A DNA stretch of 64,000 nt from Fimicolochytrium jonesii (taxonomy: Eukaryota). A program made the translations under genes and the position numbers. The stretch is taken from positions 186,001 to 250,000 of the forward strand of contig NW_026515699.1 of the NCBI RefSeq assembly GCF_025526975.1, read 5' to 3'. A model generated the notes under the pieces. The model was not told the origin of the DNA. It did not search any database and saw nothing but the letters and a program-made list of their open reading frames with translations. Positions within the stretch are counted from its first letter, which is position 1. Each line of letters starts with the position of its first letter. Shown one piece after another: positions 11,065 to 23,690 of this stretch.

Positions 11065-13926
11065 ATGGCCGGCGAGCAAAACGGCTTTCTGGACATTCTG
11101 GCAGCAGTTGCAGACCACGAGCGACCCCTGGAAACAACCTCGCCAATAGACGCACAGCTCGCTGCCTCCAGGAACCAGAAACCCCCACCAACTTCCTCGA
11201 CAACCGCTCCCCCAGAACAGGATGCCGACGACGACGACGACGAGATGTCTATGTTTGCAGCGCTGCCACCAGAACTCCCCCCCATGCCTATCCCCCAACA
11301 TCAGCAGAGCCTCGTAGACCTTTCTCACGACGATGATCTGGCTGCCATTTTCGCAGAGATTCCGTATACAATGCCTCAACAACCTCAGTCAGGGGATAGT
11401 TTGATGATAAGCGCCCCTCCTGGCTTACAGCTGCAGGTGCCGACGAACCAGCCCTTTCTGACGGACTATTTAGCTATGAGTCCGAGTCCGCTGACAGGCC
11501 TGAACCCGCCCACGGAACCCACCACCACCTCCGGGTCAGGGACTGTGTCATCCTTTGCTATGTCCACGCCCTTTCATCAGAGCTCGTTGAGTTCGGCCAA
11601 CCCGCCGATGAATCTAGCCTTTGCGAATATGCCGTTTGATTTGAGCAATATAGGGCAGGTTAGCCCAGCGATACCCCCATTCAAACAGCAGCCGCAGCCA
11701 CCATTATCACAGCAGCCGCAGTCGCAGCCACAACAACAGCCAGCGGCGAAGCCTGCATCATTTTATTCTCCACTGCCGGGTACACCCGCTGCTACCAAAA
11801 CATCACTCTCCTCAACATCAAATGCACAACGGCAAACGAATCCGGTTATTGGGCCAGATGTGTTCCAAAAGCTCATGGCCACCGTCCCACAATCCATGCA
11901 TGGGGAGTTGCTGCAGATCTACAACGGTGTCATGGTGAGTGAACAAACACGAGTTGACGTCGTCGGACGTATGGATGGATAAATCAGAGAGCTGAATATC
12001 CGCCATCTTACCACTTTCCAGCAAAAGAAGATAACAGCGGACGAATTCTGGACGTTGGTTCGCAAATGGCCCTCGGTGAAGAATATGCAGTTTCCAATGG
12101 CACCAGCGACCGTTCAGCCTCTACAAAGCAAAGCGGGACCGGGCTCCACTCTGGGAACGCCTCAGGCAGATTTCAAAAAGCGCCAAGCGGCTGCACAGCA
12201 AATAGCTCAAGCGCAGACGATGGGGTGAGTCACAGGGGACACGTTAGCCAGTGTCACAATAAGAATGTGCTCTCACACCGTGAATGTCAGGAAATCTGCA
12301 TCAGGGACAACCCGCGGCGAAAAGAAGGCCGGGAAACCGCTAACCAAAGCAGCGCAACAGAAACAACAGAAAGCAGCCGCAGCAAATGCGTTGCAACAGC
12401 AGTATCAACAGCTACAACAGCAGGCCTCGCAGGGCTCAGCGTCCAATACAACATGTAAGAGATCCTCCCCCTTGTCGGATAACCCCTGAACCGGTGATAG
12501 CTGACGCAAAACTTACCGAATAGCAGCTCTACCGTCTGGCGAAAACACACCAAAGGTTTCTGATGTGGGCGGCGCGTCGAGTCGTGCGACACCGGAAATC
12601 AACGACAAAATCAACGACAAAGTGAACGTGACGGATATGATGGACGTCACTACATATACCGGTCTGAATCTGAAGGTATCGTACCGTCATACTGTCAAGG
12701 CCTGCGACGCAAACGGTGAATGCTAACCGTTGTCTTTGGTGGAATTTGTGAATTTACAGGAAGAAGAAGACCACATGGCAAACTCCCTTATACCCGGCCC
12801 ATCTGCTCAGCAAGCGAGAGGGCAGATAGGGAATAGAGCAAAAGACCAAAGCTTCCTGAACTTGGCTGCGTTGCGGAAGAAGCTCGGTGTTTTGTGTACG
12901 TGTTTGTTCTTATGTTCCGCATACCCCGCCATCGATCTCACCCATGCGCATATCCTCGCCTCAACAGGTACCGAAGCCTCAATAACGAGCTTCGACCAAG
13001 ACCTCCCCGCCTACATCGCCCTCGCCGCCGAAGAACGCATGCGCGACCTCCTCCAGCGCATGGTCCACGCCGCCAAACACCGCACCGGCGTCCTACACGA
13101 GCAGTTCATGCGCAACGAACGTTCCAAAGCCACCCTCTTCAATAACAAACCATCAGCACTCTCCTCACTGTCATCCAACCAACATAATCTGTACCACCAC
13201 CCATCCCTCGACCTCAGCGTCGTGATCCCCGGCGGCGTACACCCGCGTAGAGTGCTGGCAGGGATCGAAAAGAAGGAACGTGCCGGTGAAGCCAAACTGA
13301 AAGCCGAGCGCGCCGCCGCGCTCGCCAAGGAGGCTGCCGCGGCCGGCGGAGACGGGGCCGAGGATGGAGGCGGCGGGGAGGACGGAGCGGATGGGAATCC
13401 CACCGGCGACGTAGAAGGACCCGGGACCGGCCGCAAGAAACGCAAAACGGCTACGGCGAGGGATAAAGACATGCCGGACCATATCCGGCTCAACCTCGCC
13501 AACGCGGCTGTCGCGAACGCCATTGGGGGCGCGGGGATGAAGAGCTGGATGATTGCTGGTGGCGGTACGGGTGCCGCAACACCCGCGCGTGGGGCATTGG
13601 ATTCCACGTCCGCGACGCCAGGAACATTTAAAATCCTCCCCACATCCCGGAAGCGCAAATCTATGCTCAACCCCGACACGCCGTTACCCAACTCCCACCT
13701 GTCGACATCCACCCGACTCCCCGGCTCGTCGCTCGCTCGTCGGGCGGGTACGACCGGAGCAGCGCAGGAGGGGAGGAAATTGGGGAGTCCCGCCGCGGGA
13801 TTGGCGGCGGAGGCGAGGAAGATTAGTTTGAGGGATGCGCTTTTTTGTTTGGAGGGGGAGGGGCCGGTGGGAAGTGGGGGTGGGGCGGGGAGGGTTGCGT
13901 TTAGGTGGTGGCCGGTTGTGTCGTAG
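11065..13926 (+). CDS. TAF4: TFIID subunit TAF4 (multi-exon)
   Basis: DMMDVTTYTGLNLKEEE, FLNLAALRKKL, YIALAAEERMRDLLQRM..AAKHR, ANAAVANAIG and RKISLRDALFCLE match the TAF4 histone-fold/CCTD blocks. Confidence 0.88.
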
Positions 13927-14324
13927 TGGGAAGTAGGCCTGGGTTTTGTTAACGGCTTCATCTTAGGTTGCCACTGTTTCTGGGGTTAGCCGCCCACCCA
14001 TGATGTACATAGATGTCCGCATCGATTTTTGAATAGATGCTGGCGGGCGAGATACTGTATAACCGTCCACGTGGACTGCTGTGTCAAGAACGGCGCCTTG
14101 CCCATGGTACGCTTTTATGGTTTGAATCATATATATGAAAGAAATCCAAGCAGTGTGTATGATATATGTAGAAGAGCTAAAGCAATGGGGAGAGGCAGGA
14201 GAGAATACAGCCGGGTGGGGGCATCTGACAAACCCTGGACAGTTTGCCGCTTACCCCTATGTACAGTACATCCCTAGTAACTAATCACATAGATACAACC
14301 CTTCCCCCTAGCCCATATCACTCT

Positions 14325-17300
14325 CTACGCCCCCAACCCAACCCACTCCCCCCAACTCCTCACCGCCCTCTTCTTCCTCTCCACCTGCACCTCGGGTGGA
14401 CCCACATACCGCTTCAACGCATCCACAAACACCACACACCCCTTCGGTTCATTCAGCATCCCCACGCCAAGATCCACAGCCGTGCGGCGGAGCGTGTAAG
14501 CCGGGTCAGTCACGGCCGCCGGTTTGGATGCCGAAGGCGTCGTCGGGGCATCGCTCATTGCCTTCTTACGGCCGAGGGAGACGACCAGGGAGACGGTGTG
14601 GGAGAGGTAGGCTTCGCGGGCCTGTTTGCGGTTCGCATTGTCGATTGCTGGGAAGAGGTGGAGCGCTTCGGATCCGAGATGGGGGTCCAAGGCGGATTGG
14701 GTCGCGGGTGTGCCAGCAAGCACGCGGTAGCCGCAGCTCCTGAACCCGTTGACGATGTACGCCGCTTCGGGGAGGTCGGAGAGTTCGTCCGTTACGACAA
14801 CGATGGTCGAGCCGGCGGGCATGGGCAGGGTTTTGAACCCAGAGTTGTGATTGGCGGCCAGAGCGGTAAAGTAAGCTTCGTAAACGTCGGTTCCGAAACA
14901 GGCGACTTCGCCCGTGGAGGCCATCTCGACGCCGAGGGAGGGGTCGGCGCCGGCGAGACGGGTCCAGGAGAAGACGGGGACTTTGACGGCTTTGTAGGCG
15001 CGCGGCCGGAGCATGCTGTCGGTGGTGGTCGTGGTTGGGAGGGTGTGTGGGGCGACGATGGCGCGGGTGGCGAGGTCGATGAAGTTTGTGTCGAGGGTCT
15101 TTGAGACGAAGGGGAAGGAGCGGGAGGCGCGGATGTTGCATTCGATTACCTTGAGCGTGTGCCATGCGGGCTCGCCGACGGGGCTGCGTTGGAGGATGAG
15201 TTGCATGTTGAATGGGCCGGTGATGTTGAATGCTTTGGCCAGCTTCTCCGCGACTTGTTTGCAGTCGGCAACGATGGCGGGTGTCAAACCACGCAGACCA
15301 ATCTTGCCATCCTTCGAGGCTCCAACCTCGCCTTCCATAACAGGCGGCAGGACCAGCGTAGCGTCTCCGGAGTGTACACCTGCGTTCTCAATATGCTGGG
15401 AGACGGCATACACCTGCAGGTTGCCCTCACTCGCCACCCCATCGACATCGATTTCCTGCGCGCCTTCAATGAACTTTGTAACCACGATGGGATGCAACGG
15501 GCTCACATCAGCAGCCAGCGCCAAGAACCGCCGCAAATCACTTTTGGTGTGCGCCACATTCATAGCGGCACCAGACAAGACGTACGACGGGCGAACAAGA
15601 ACAGGGTAAGTGACGCGATCAGCGAATGCAAACGCCTCCTCAACGCTAGTGAGCTGCTTCCACTCAGGCTGGTCGACGCCGATGGAGTCAAGGGTCCGCG
15701 AAAACTTTTCACGGTCTTCGGCACGGTCGATGTCGTGTGGGCTCGTTCCGAGAACGTTGATGTTGGGCAGGAGATGGAGGGGTAGTGCAATGTTCTGTGG
15801 GAGTTGACCACCGACGGAGAGGATAGCGCCTGTGCAGGATTCGCGTTCATAGATGTCGAGGACGCGTTCGAGGGAGAGCTCTTCGAAGTAGAGGCGGTCA
15901 CTGCAAGGAGCATTGAATTGAGTTTTAGTATCTTGACCATCACCGAAAGCTTCAACAAACGAAATGGACACTCACCATTCGTCGAAATCGGTACTGACGG
16001 TCTCAGGGTTATAATTCACCATAACCGTCTTCAACCCCAACCGCTTCAAACTCCTCACAGCCTCAACCGCACACCAATCAAACTCAACCGAGCTCCCGAT
16101 CCTATACACGCCGCTACCAAGTACCATGACTCCCTTGTCCTCGAAAGTGACGTCGTCGGTTGTCGCATTGTACGTCGTGTAGAGGTAGTTCGTCTCGGCT
16201 GGGAACTCCGCGGCAAGGGTGTCGATGCGCTTGACGCGCGGGATGATACCGTGGGATTTCCGCAAGGCGCGAATACCGAGGGGGGTGGATTTCGTGTAGG
16301 TGCTGATCTGTGTGTCGGAGAAACCGAGCTTCTTTGCTTGTTCGAGGAGAGTTACGGGGATCGTGGCGGTGGTGAGGTCGTAGCTAGGTGGTTGCGGTTT
16401 CCCATCAACGTCTTTCGTTTCTGAAGAGGGCACTTCTTGCGGCCCGACGAACGCCTCCAGCTCTGTTTTTGTCTCGACCAGGTTTTCCAGCTTGCCCAAA
16501 AACCACTTATCGATCTTGGTCAGCTCATGCACTTGGTCAACCGTATATCCCTTGTCAAGCATGGCACTGCCGACAGCAAAAAGCCTTCGATCGGTAGGTT
16601 GCTGCAGCACCGTCTCCAGATTGTCTCCGAAATCCAAGCTCTGGAACCCGACGAATGCCGGATCAACCATTCGGATCGCCTTTTGCAAGGACTCTTCCCA
16701 TGTGCGGCCGATACCCATGACCTCGCCGACGGATTTCATGGCGGAGCCAATGTTGCGGGAGACGTGCTGGAACTTTGCGAGATCCCATCGCGGGATCTTG
16801 GTGACGACGTAGTCGAGGGAGGGCTCAAAGTTCGCGGTTGTCGTGCGGGTTACGGAGTTGCGGAGGTCTGGGAGGGATGCGCCTAAAGCGATTTTGGCGG
16901 CTACGAAGGCGAGAGGGTAGCCGGTGGCTTTCGACGCTAGCGCACTGTTAATATGAAGGAAATTAGTGATAGCCCCGAAGAAATTCCGTCAGAATGGAAT
17001 CAAGACACCATACCTGCTCCTTGAAAGCCTCGCGTTGACCTCAATAACCACGTACTCCAGACTGTGCGGGTTCAGGCCATACTGTACATTGCATTCTCCC
17101 ACAACCCCCAGATGCCTGATGATCTTGATGGCCGCGCTGCGAAGCATATGGTACTCCTCATCACTCAGCGTCTGACTGGGAGCCACTACAATCGAATCAC
17201 CGGTGTGTGTACCCAGCGGATCAAAGTTCTCCATGTTACACACGGTAATGCAGTTGTTTTCTGCATCGCGAACGACCTCGTATTCGAGTTCCTTCCATCC

Positions 17301-18548
17301 TTTCATTGAGCGCTCGACCAAGATCTGGGGCGAAAGGGAGAGGGAGGAGGTGGCGAGTTCGCGAAGTTCCGCTTCGTTGTTGGCGAATCCGGATCCGAGA
17401 CCGCCGAGCGCATATGCTGCACGAACGATGACGGGATATTTGATTTGTGCGGCGGCGGCAACTGCTTCGTCAACGGTGGAGACGGCTGTGGATTGAGCCA
17501 CTGGAATACCGATATCTGGTCGACAGGGAAGCGAGTTAGCATTCATGGCAAGCACTCGAGTACGTTGTTGTCAAATATTTTCAAGGGCATACCTTTCAGG
17601 GCCTGCGCAAACAGATCCCGATCCTCGCTGAGCTCCAATGTCCTGATCGGCGTTCCCAGCACTTTGACGTTATGTTTCTTGAACACCCCTTTGTGCTCCA
17701 GCGCCACTCCGCAATTCAGGCCAGTCTGTCCTCCGAAAGCGAGCAGGATCCCATCTGGCTTCTCCTTCTCGATGACGTACTCGATGTATTCTGGATTCGA
17801 CGGCACGAAGTAGACAACATCTGCGAGCTCTTTCCCTGTTTGAATGGTGGCGATGTTCGGATTGACCAGGATTGTTTGGACCCCTTCTTCCTTCAGAGCT
17901 TTGATAGCTTGTGAGCCTAGAAAGATTTGAGAATGTAAATGAGTAAGCGAGATCTGAATAGTCTGCATGCAGCAATTCCAGAAGACCGTCCAAGCGTCAC
18001 CTCCACTCCCATGCATGGAAGGATGGCGAATCTCATTCGTACCCACGTCAAAATGACAAAACCCGTCACCGAAAAGAAAGTCGGCACTCACCAGAGTAGT
18101 CAAATTCTCCAGCCTGGCCGATACTCAGTCCTCCCGATCCCACAATCACAACGCGTTTCGCAGGTGGTGGTTTCTTCAACGCCCCACCTGGTCGCGGCGT
18201 CCAAGTGCCGTCGCCATCTCCCGTCAAAGATTCACTGCTATATCGCCTGAAAGGTACCGCGGGCGCCACGACACCTTCCTTGCCCGTTGCCTTACTAGCC
18301 CGTCCTAGAGCCTGCAAGAGGAAAGCGTTGTAGCGGGTGGTGTCAGGGAGGAGCGGCGCTGGGACTGAGGCGTTGACGGTAGTTGTTTGTGCGGCGTGCG
18401 TTAGTGGCGAGCTATTTGATTGCGAGGTGAAAAGACGTGCTGTAGGGATGGTCGGGAGAGCGACTCGCAGTGGTCGGTGCAGTTTGGTATGCATGCATGC
18501 AAGACGGGCCGGCAGCGTCGGCGTCGGCCGGCGGAGTGCTCGCAACAT
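14325..18548 (-). CDS. CPA2: Carbamoyl-phosphate synthase large subunit, arginine-specific, with mitochondrial presequence (multi-exon)
   Basis: [95 protein letters not shown]-rich N-terminus; no fused GATase/ATCase. Confidence 0.95.
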
Positions 18549-20269
18549 TGTGAGAATTGGGATTCAAAGTGACCTACAAACTCGACGTGAGCCAGAAGAC
18601 TCTGCAAGAGGTATATGCAACGTGGGGCTATCCGCCGTACTTTACTGGCGGTTAGTGTGGGGCCTGTATAGACCATGTGAATTGACAGTATAGGAAGGCG
18701 ATGGCGATCTCCGGGGACTGCAACGGAATCTTCCCAGCGGAGTGCCGAAGACCAGAAAACAGATATGGCAGCGACGGCGACGAAGACCGGCAGCTGCGAG
18801 TGAGATATAAGTATTTAGCGAGCGGGGATGAGGCTGGCCATGTCGCCCATGTCGATAACAACGAGGTCGCCGATAATGCTGAGGCCCCCGTCAGAGATCG
18901 ACATCATCGGCATCGGGAGCAGTGATGGCCCATGGGTGGGCGAGCGAGGGGAGATATGGCCATCTCACAAAACGCGTCGACTCATCGGCCATGACTCATT
19001 CATCATCGGCACGTCACCCACCCCGCCTTCACCGCTTTTTACCCGCCGATTTCATCTCCCAGCAATCCATGTGCTTTGTGCATGTGTGCCATCGGTTTTG
19101 ATCTCGGTGGCTTTTCGGACCTCTGGCAAATGGCAGACAGGACAGGGGGGCGGCCGTTGTCATTCGAGTCGGCTCGGCCCGTTACCCCACTCATCGCTGA
19201 CCGAGTCGGGCACACCCTACTCCGCGGTTTCCGCCCAGGTCCGCCCTGAATCATGTTACAATTTCAGAGGCCGCGCCGCAGCAGACGCACAAATACGCTG
19301 AAAGCCCTGAGCTCACTAGCGCCCGCACTAGGAGAGGGACAGGAGAGACATCCATCTTATGGGCATGTTGTACATACATCAACAGGCGCTCCAGGGTAGT
19401 TGTAGGAACGCAGCTTGAAGAAGTACATTAACGCAAACTATAATAGGTGAACTACGCATTGACGCGAGGAGAAAGTATGGAAGGAGAGTGAGATGTTCTG
19501 TGTTCCGTGAAGCTGACGAGGAGGTGCATGGGGGCGCACTGCTGCGAGCGTATGTTCGACGATACAGCACATCCTTCGACAGTCTACGAGCGAGCCTCGC
19601 AGACTTGATGAAGATCTGGTCGTTTGTTGTAGTGGCCCTCCCCTCGTCGTGACTTGCAGGGGTTCCGCCAGCTGATCCGCCGAGCTGATTCGCTTCGACA
19701 TCTGGATGCGGAAGGCCTGGGAGTAACTCGCTTTCGACACTCGCCGACAGTCCTGCGAGTCGGACGGACAAAGTCTATCGCGGTCGAAGCGATATTCTTT
19801 CCATCCAACGGCTCAAGACTTGACTCAACACTCGACAATTTCGATTAGTTCCATATGATACGGAAGTCTACGTCGTCGGCGAAGCGGACCCAGGTTTGCA
19901 AGTCGAAAATACCGTCCTTTCGCTTTCAGGGTCACACGGGTCGTACTCGTCCGCAATTCACCAGAGTTGATACGTTTGGAACCGGGCCTATGTGGTATCG
20001 TGGATTAGGTTGACTTTCAAGGACCAGCAATCAGTTCCGGAAGACTCCAAACATACCTCGAGATGGGAGCTCCGCTTTCTGGCTGAAGGCTAACCCCATA
20101 TGACAACTCCGCAGGGTCCACCTGTGTGTCGCTCAATTGACAGTCGAGATTCTTTGGGTTCCCACCTGAGTGTGAGCGGCCTTTATTAGCCACAAGTCAG
20201 CCCCGACGTCCCCTGTGACAGGTACACAGTACGAGTTCCTCCCTGTTTCGAAAGTCGGTGTAGAATGGC

Positions 20270-21300
20270 GTGCCGGAATGGGGTCGAGATGGTCGGGGCG
20301 AACCTGAGGGCATAACATGGCGCGTGGACTGCGCCACGTCTCAAATTCGGACATCCTAATCCGGTTCTTTGAACAGCAAGCAGGAACCTCCTCAGATTGA
20401 TTCGGGAGAGGAAAGTATGTTGGCTGTGGAAGCTGGGGTTAACCGCCTATTTTAGGCCCTACCGCCTATCATGGTCTGAGACTTACTGAGGAGGCCTATG
20501 GTGCCTGCGGATTTCACCATCCCCGTCGACGCTACCATTAATGTCGTTATCAAACGCGACAGGGACCGGAATCTCCAAGAGACCGAGGCACCACCACCTT
20601 GCCCATCTGCGGCTGGTCGTGTGCGACTAGGAATGACCGTGGATATCGAGAGCGGTGGCTCGCGAAAGTACAACCGTGCTCCTTACTACCAAGTATGACA
20701 ACATGCAGCAAGCGAGCCGGAATACGAATTGCGGTGGTAGTGGAAGCGTGCCCGGGGACCTTCCACTCCAGAATCGGTTGTCAGATCTCTCAAGCTGAAG
20801 TGGAACCTTAGAACGTCACAATATGGTCGAGAGCTCCGAGGTCGATTATGGCAATGGGTAAGCGCAAAAACGCTGGAGAACTCCGCGGTTATGTGGTACT
20901 GATACTCGACTACGGTTACAGCACCCCTTGCCCTCTATGTGACGACTTGTGGGTCAAGCTCGCTGCCCAGACTATCACAAGCAAATGAGCAGTGGTTGCC
21001 GCGGGGCCGATCTGACTTCCATCTCACAATCATGCGCATTTCAAGGACGCCCAAGCTTTTGCTTGGAGATTCAAATATTATGTTCACCAACAATCGACAA
21101 CGCGTAGGTGGGATTGCGGAGTAGACGCAAGGTCGCCTTTGACGATCGAGTGCATCAGACCCAAAGTCATCAGCAGCTCCCGACCAGCATCAGGGATCGG
21201 ACCGCCGAGCACATATCGCGAAAACTCCGCCATTTCAGAAGCGAGTGACAACATGATGGCGAGCCCTTCCATCGCCCGCGATATGATAACCTCATGAAGC
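20270..21300 (+). pseudogene. Possible degraded spliced gene relic, product unrecognised
   Basis: Good donor/branch/acceptor sets (gtatgt ~20415 to ttttag ~20455; gtaagc ~20858 to tacag ~20921), but the reading frames are interrupted by stops. Confidence 0.25.
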
Positions 21301-22199
21301 CCTTGGTCGGGGGGTAGGGATTACCGTTTGCGGGCCGGAGAACGATTGATGCAACCTGACAGCTGCTGGAATATCGAACATCCATAGGTCATCGGGGAAT
21401 TAGAAAGGACGAGCTTCGAGGGGCAATGTAGGGCGCAGATGATGCTCTGATACGAATGTGTAATGTCCACATCGATGTGTATACATCCAGAACTCTAGCA
21501 AATGTCCGACCGAATCCATAACTTACCGTGTGAGCTTGGGCGCTAGATAGAATGTAATGTAACGTAGCAATGTCGTTCGGGATGTGCGAAGTTCAAAATT
21601 GAATGCACTACGCTCAGAGCATCTTTGTGACGAGTCATCGTTTTCGACTTCCTCAATACTTGGAATGTAAAGCTGTATCTCGGCCATCCTCAGTCTGCCG
21701 CAGTTCTTTCCCTTTCGTCGCGCCGCCGCATTTTGCATCCTGCCTGACGCCGATTCTCTTCACCTGTTTCTCTCCGATGCCGGACCAAGAAGGTTAGCCT
21801 CTCGCGGTTGTTTTCAGGTATGGTTCCGCGGTTTCCCTCCCTCGGTCTGCAATCTTCTACGGCTCTTTGTCTATCCCGATCCACCCATTGTACAACGTCT
21901 CAAGCGAGATCCTTTCACCATTTCAGAATGCGACGAGATTTCCAGCTGTTTTCAGGGTGCGGCTCCCGTGAGTTTAACTCGAATCTGCTTCCGCCATACC
22001 AATTCTCTCCAGCAGTGTGTTGCGCGCTCCCGTCTCGCTTACTGCAATACGTCCGGCATTTGCGAGGAGAACAGTCAAACATTGCGACGTTTCCCGATTC
22101 CGTTCGGCATTTGGCCAGATGGATCTGGGGCAACTGAGATGCGTTGAGCAGGAACAGCGGAGAAGAAGAGAGAGAAGAACGACGAATCGCAAGAAGTGT

Positions 22200-23690
22200 G
22201 AAGAAGTAGGTCGTATTGTATTCAAATCGATATCATTAGATACAAGAAAGTATAAGAAAACTGGACCTTTGGTTTCCCCGGGCACAAAGCCCAGGTACTA
22301 CGACAGGAACCGCCACGAGAAGGCCGTCCAGTATGGGATCCCATTGTCCAACGGTTGGCAGTCCAATCCCAGGTTGGCAGCCGGCTGTTACGGCATCTTT
22401 TGCCGGATTTTCACCTCACACACAACATCGTGACAGGTTATAACGCCTTGGCTGACATGCGGATTTTTGCACTGGTTGGTCTCCAGCTTGATCGCCCAGT
22501 GTGTTGGGGGTCTGACAACCCAGACCATGGGGGGGACATTTATCCTCGCCTCCCGAGAGTATTCTAACGCCTCAGTATGCGGTTGTTATCGCAGGGTCTT
22601 GCGGGTTTAAGGCCTTTCCCCGGCCGTTGTTAACGGAGTCTTCTTCCGGGATAACAGCATTCCACCGGGTATTTCTTGCCCGCTTTTCCTTGCAGGTGGT
22701 TATTTCGCCGTGCCATGCGCTTGATATCCCAGTGTGTTGGGGGTGCTCACAACCCAGACCATGGGGGGGGACATTTATCCTCGCCTCCCGAGAGTATTCT
22801 GACGCCTCAGTATGCGGTTGGTATCGCAGGGTCTTGCGGGTTTAAGGCCTTCCCCGGCCGTTGTTAACGGAGTCTTCTTCCGGGATAACAGCATTCCACC
22901 GGGTATTTCTCGCCCGCTTTTCCTTGCAGGTGGTTATTTCGCCTTGGCCATGCGCTTGATCGCCCAGTGTGTTGGGGGTCTGACACCCCAGACCATGGGG
23001 GGAAGTAGCTTCCAAGCGTCTGGGACCGATGATGAGTAGGAGCGTCGACGAATGGTAGTGGCGGTCGGGTGGCTCTAGGAGTAAAGTGAAAAGTGTCAAG
23101 AGTCTGATGCAGGCAGCTGAGTTTGGTCACGTAAACGGAGATGGTCACATACGTAGGAGTGCACAATTGGCGGACAGAGTTGGTGCGCTCGAAGTAGCAT
23201 CGCCGACGAGTGGTATTGACGACAGATGGTAGCATCGAGGGTAGGAGTGCTTGAAGGTCGGGGCGCCGACGACAGTAGGTTTGGCTTCGAGGGATGATGG
23301 GTATCGAAGGCTGGTCGCGTCGAAGACGAGTGGTGTTGACGAAGAATGGTATCGGCGTCGACGGATGGTGGCGTCGAATTATGATAAGTTGGACTAGTAA
23401 TAGTGACTTGTACTAGTGACGGCGAGTGCAGCGTCAAAGGATGGCTGTGAAGACTTGGTGCCTTGATGAGGTGCCGACGAATGCCATGCGGTTTGGCCGA
23501 TGAGCGTGCTGGAAGGGGGAGCCAGATACGCAAGTAGATGTGGGTTGCTTGAGACAAGAAGCGGTTGAGAGTAGTGCTATCTTGTGATGTTTGTGAAGTA
23601 GCCAATGCTTGATGTAGCAGTGCGTTGGCGAGTTGAGTGAGAAAACAGGAGGAGAGGCGGCGAGGTGAGGTCTTATTTTATAGACGTCGG
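22200..23690 (-). ncRNA. Putative spliced non-coding transcription unit A containing a ~234-bp structured tandem repeat
   Basis: TATAAAA (minus, 23682-23676), pyrimidine-rich leader, GT-AG intron 23152-23075, repeat array, then U-rich/UGUA/AAUACA 3' signal at ~22260-22210; no credible ORF. Confidence 0.5.
22485..23003. repeat. ~234-bp direct repeat: two near-identical copies plus a third copy that diverges toward ~22270
   Basis: Anchor cccagtgtgttgggggt recurs at 22495, 22728 and 22963. Confidence 0.95.

Noticed and set aside
13011..13961. Long antisense ORFs (also 14244-15104, 31687-32913, 60674-61741)
   Set aside because: Shadows of real genes on the opposite strand, caused by GC-rich codon bias
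22895..22920. TPP riboswitch-like GAGAAAUACCCG (and GAACCCUGAU..GUAGG in the 27 kb motif)
   Set aside because: The rest of the TPP aptamer is absent and the match is not conserved across repeat copies
22762..23000. IscB/HEARO omega-RNA-like words (GAAUGC, UAAAC, GGCGAGGA)
   Set aside because: Only scattered short matches, absent from the third copy; no IscB/TnpB/Fanzor ORF recognised in the window
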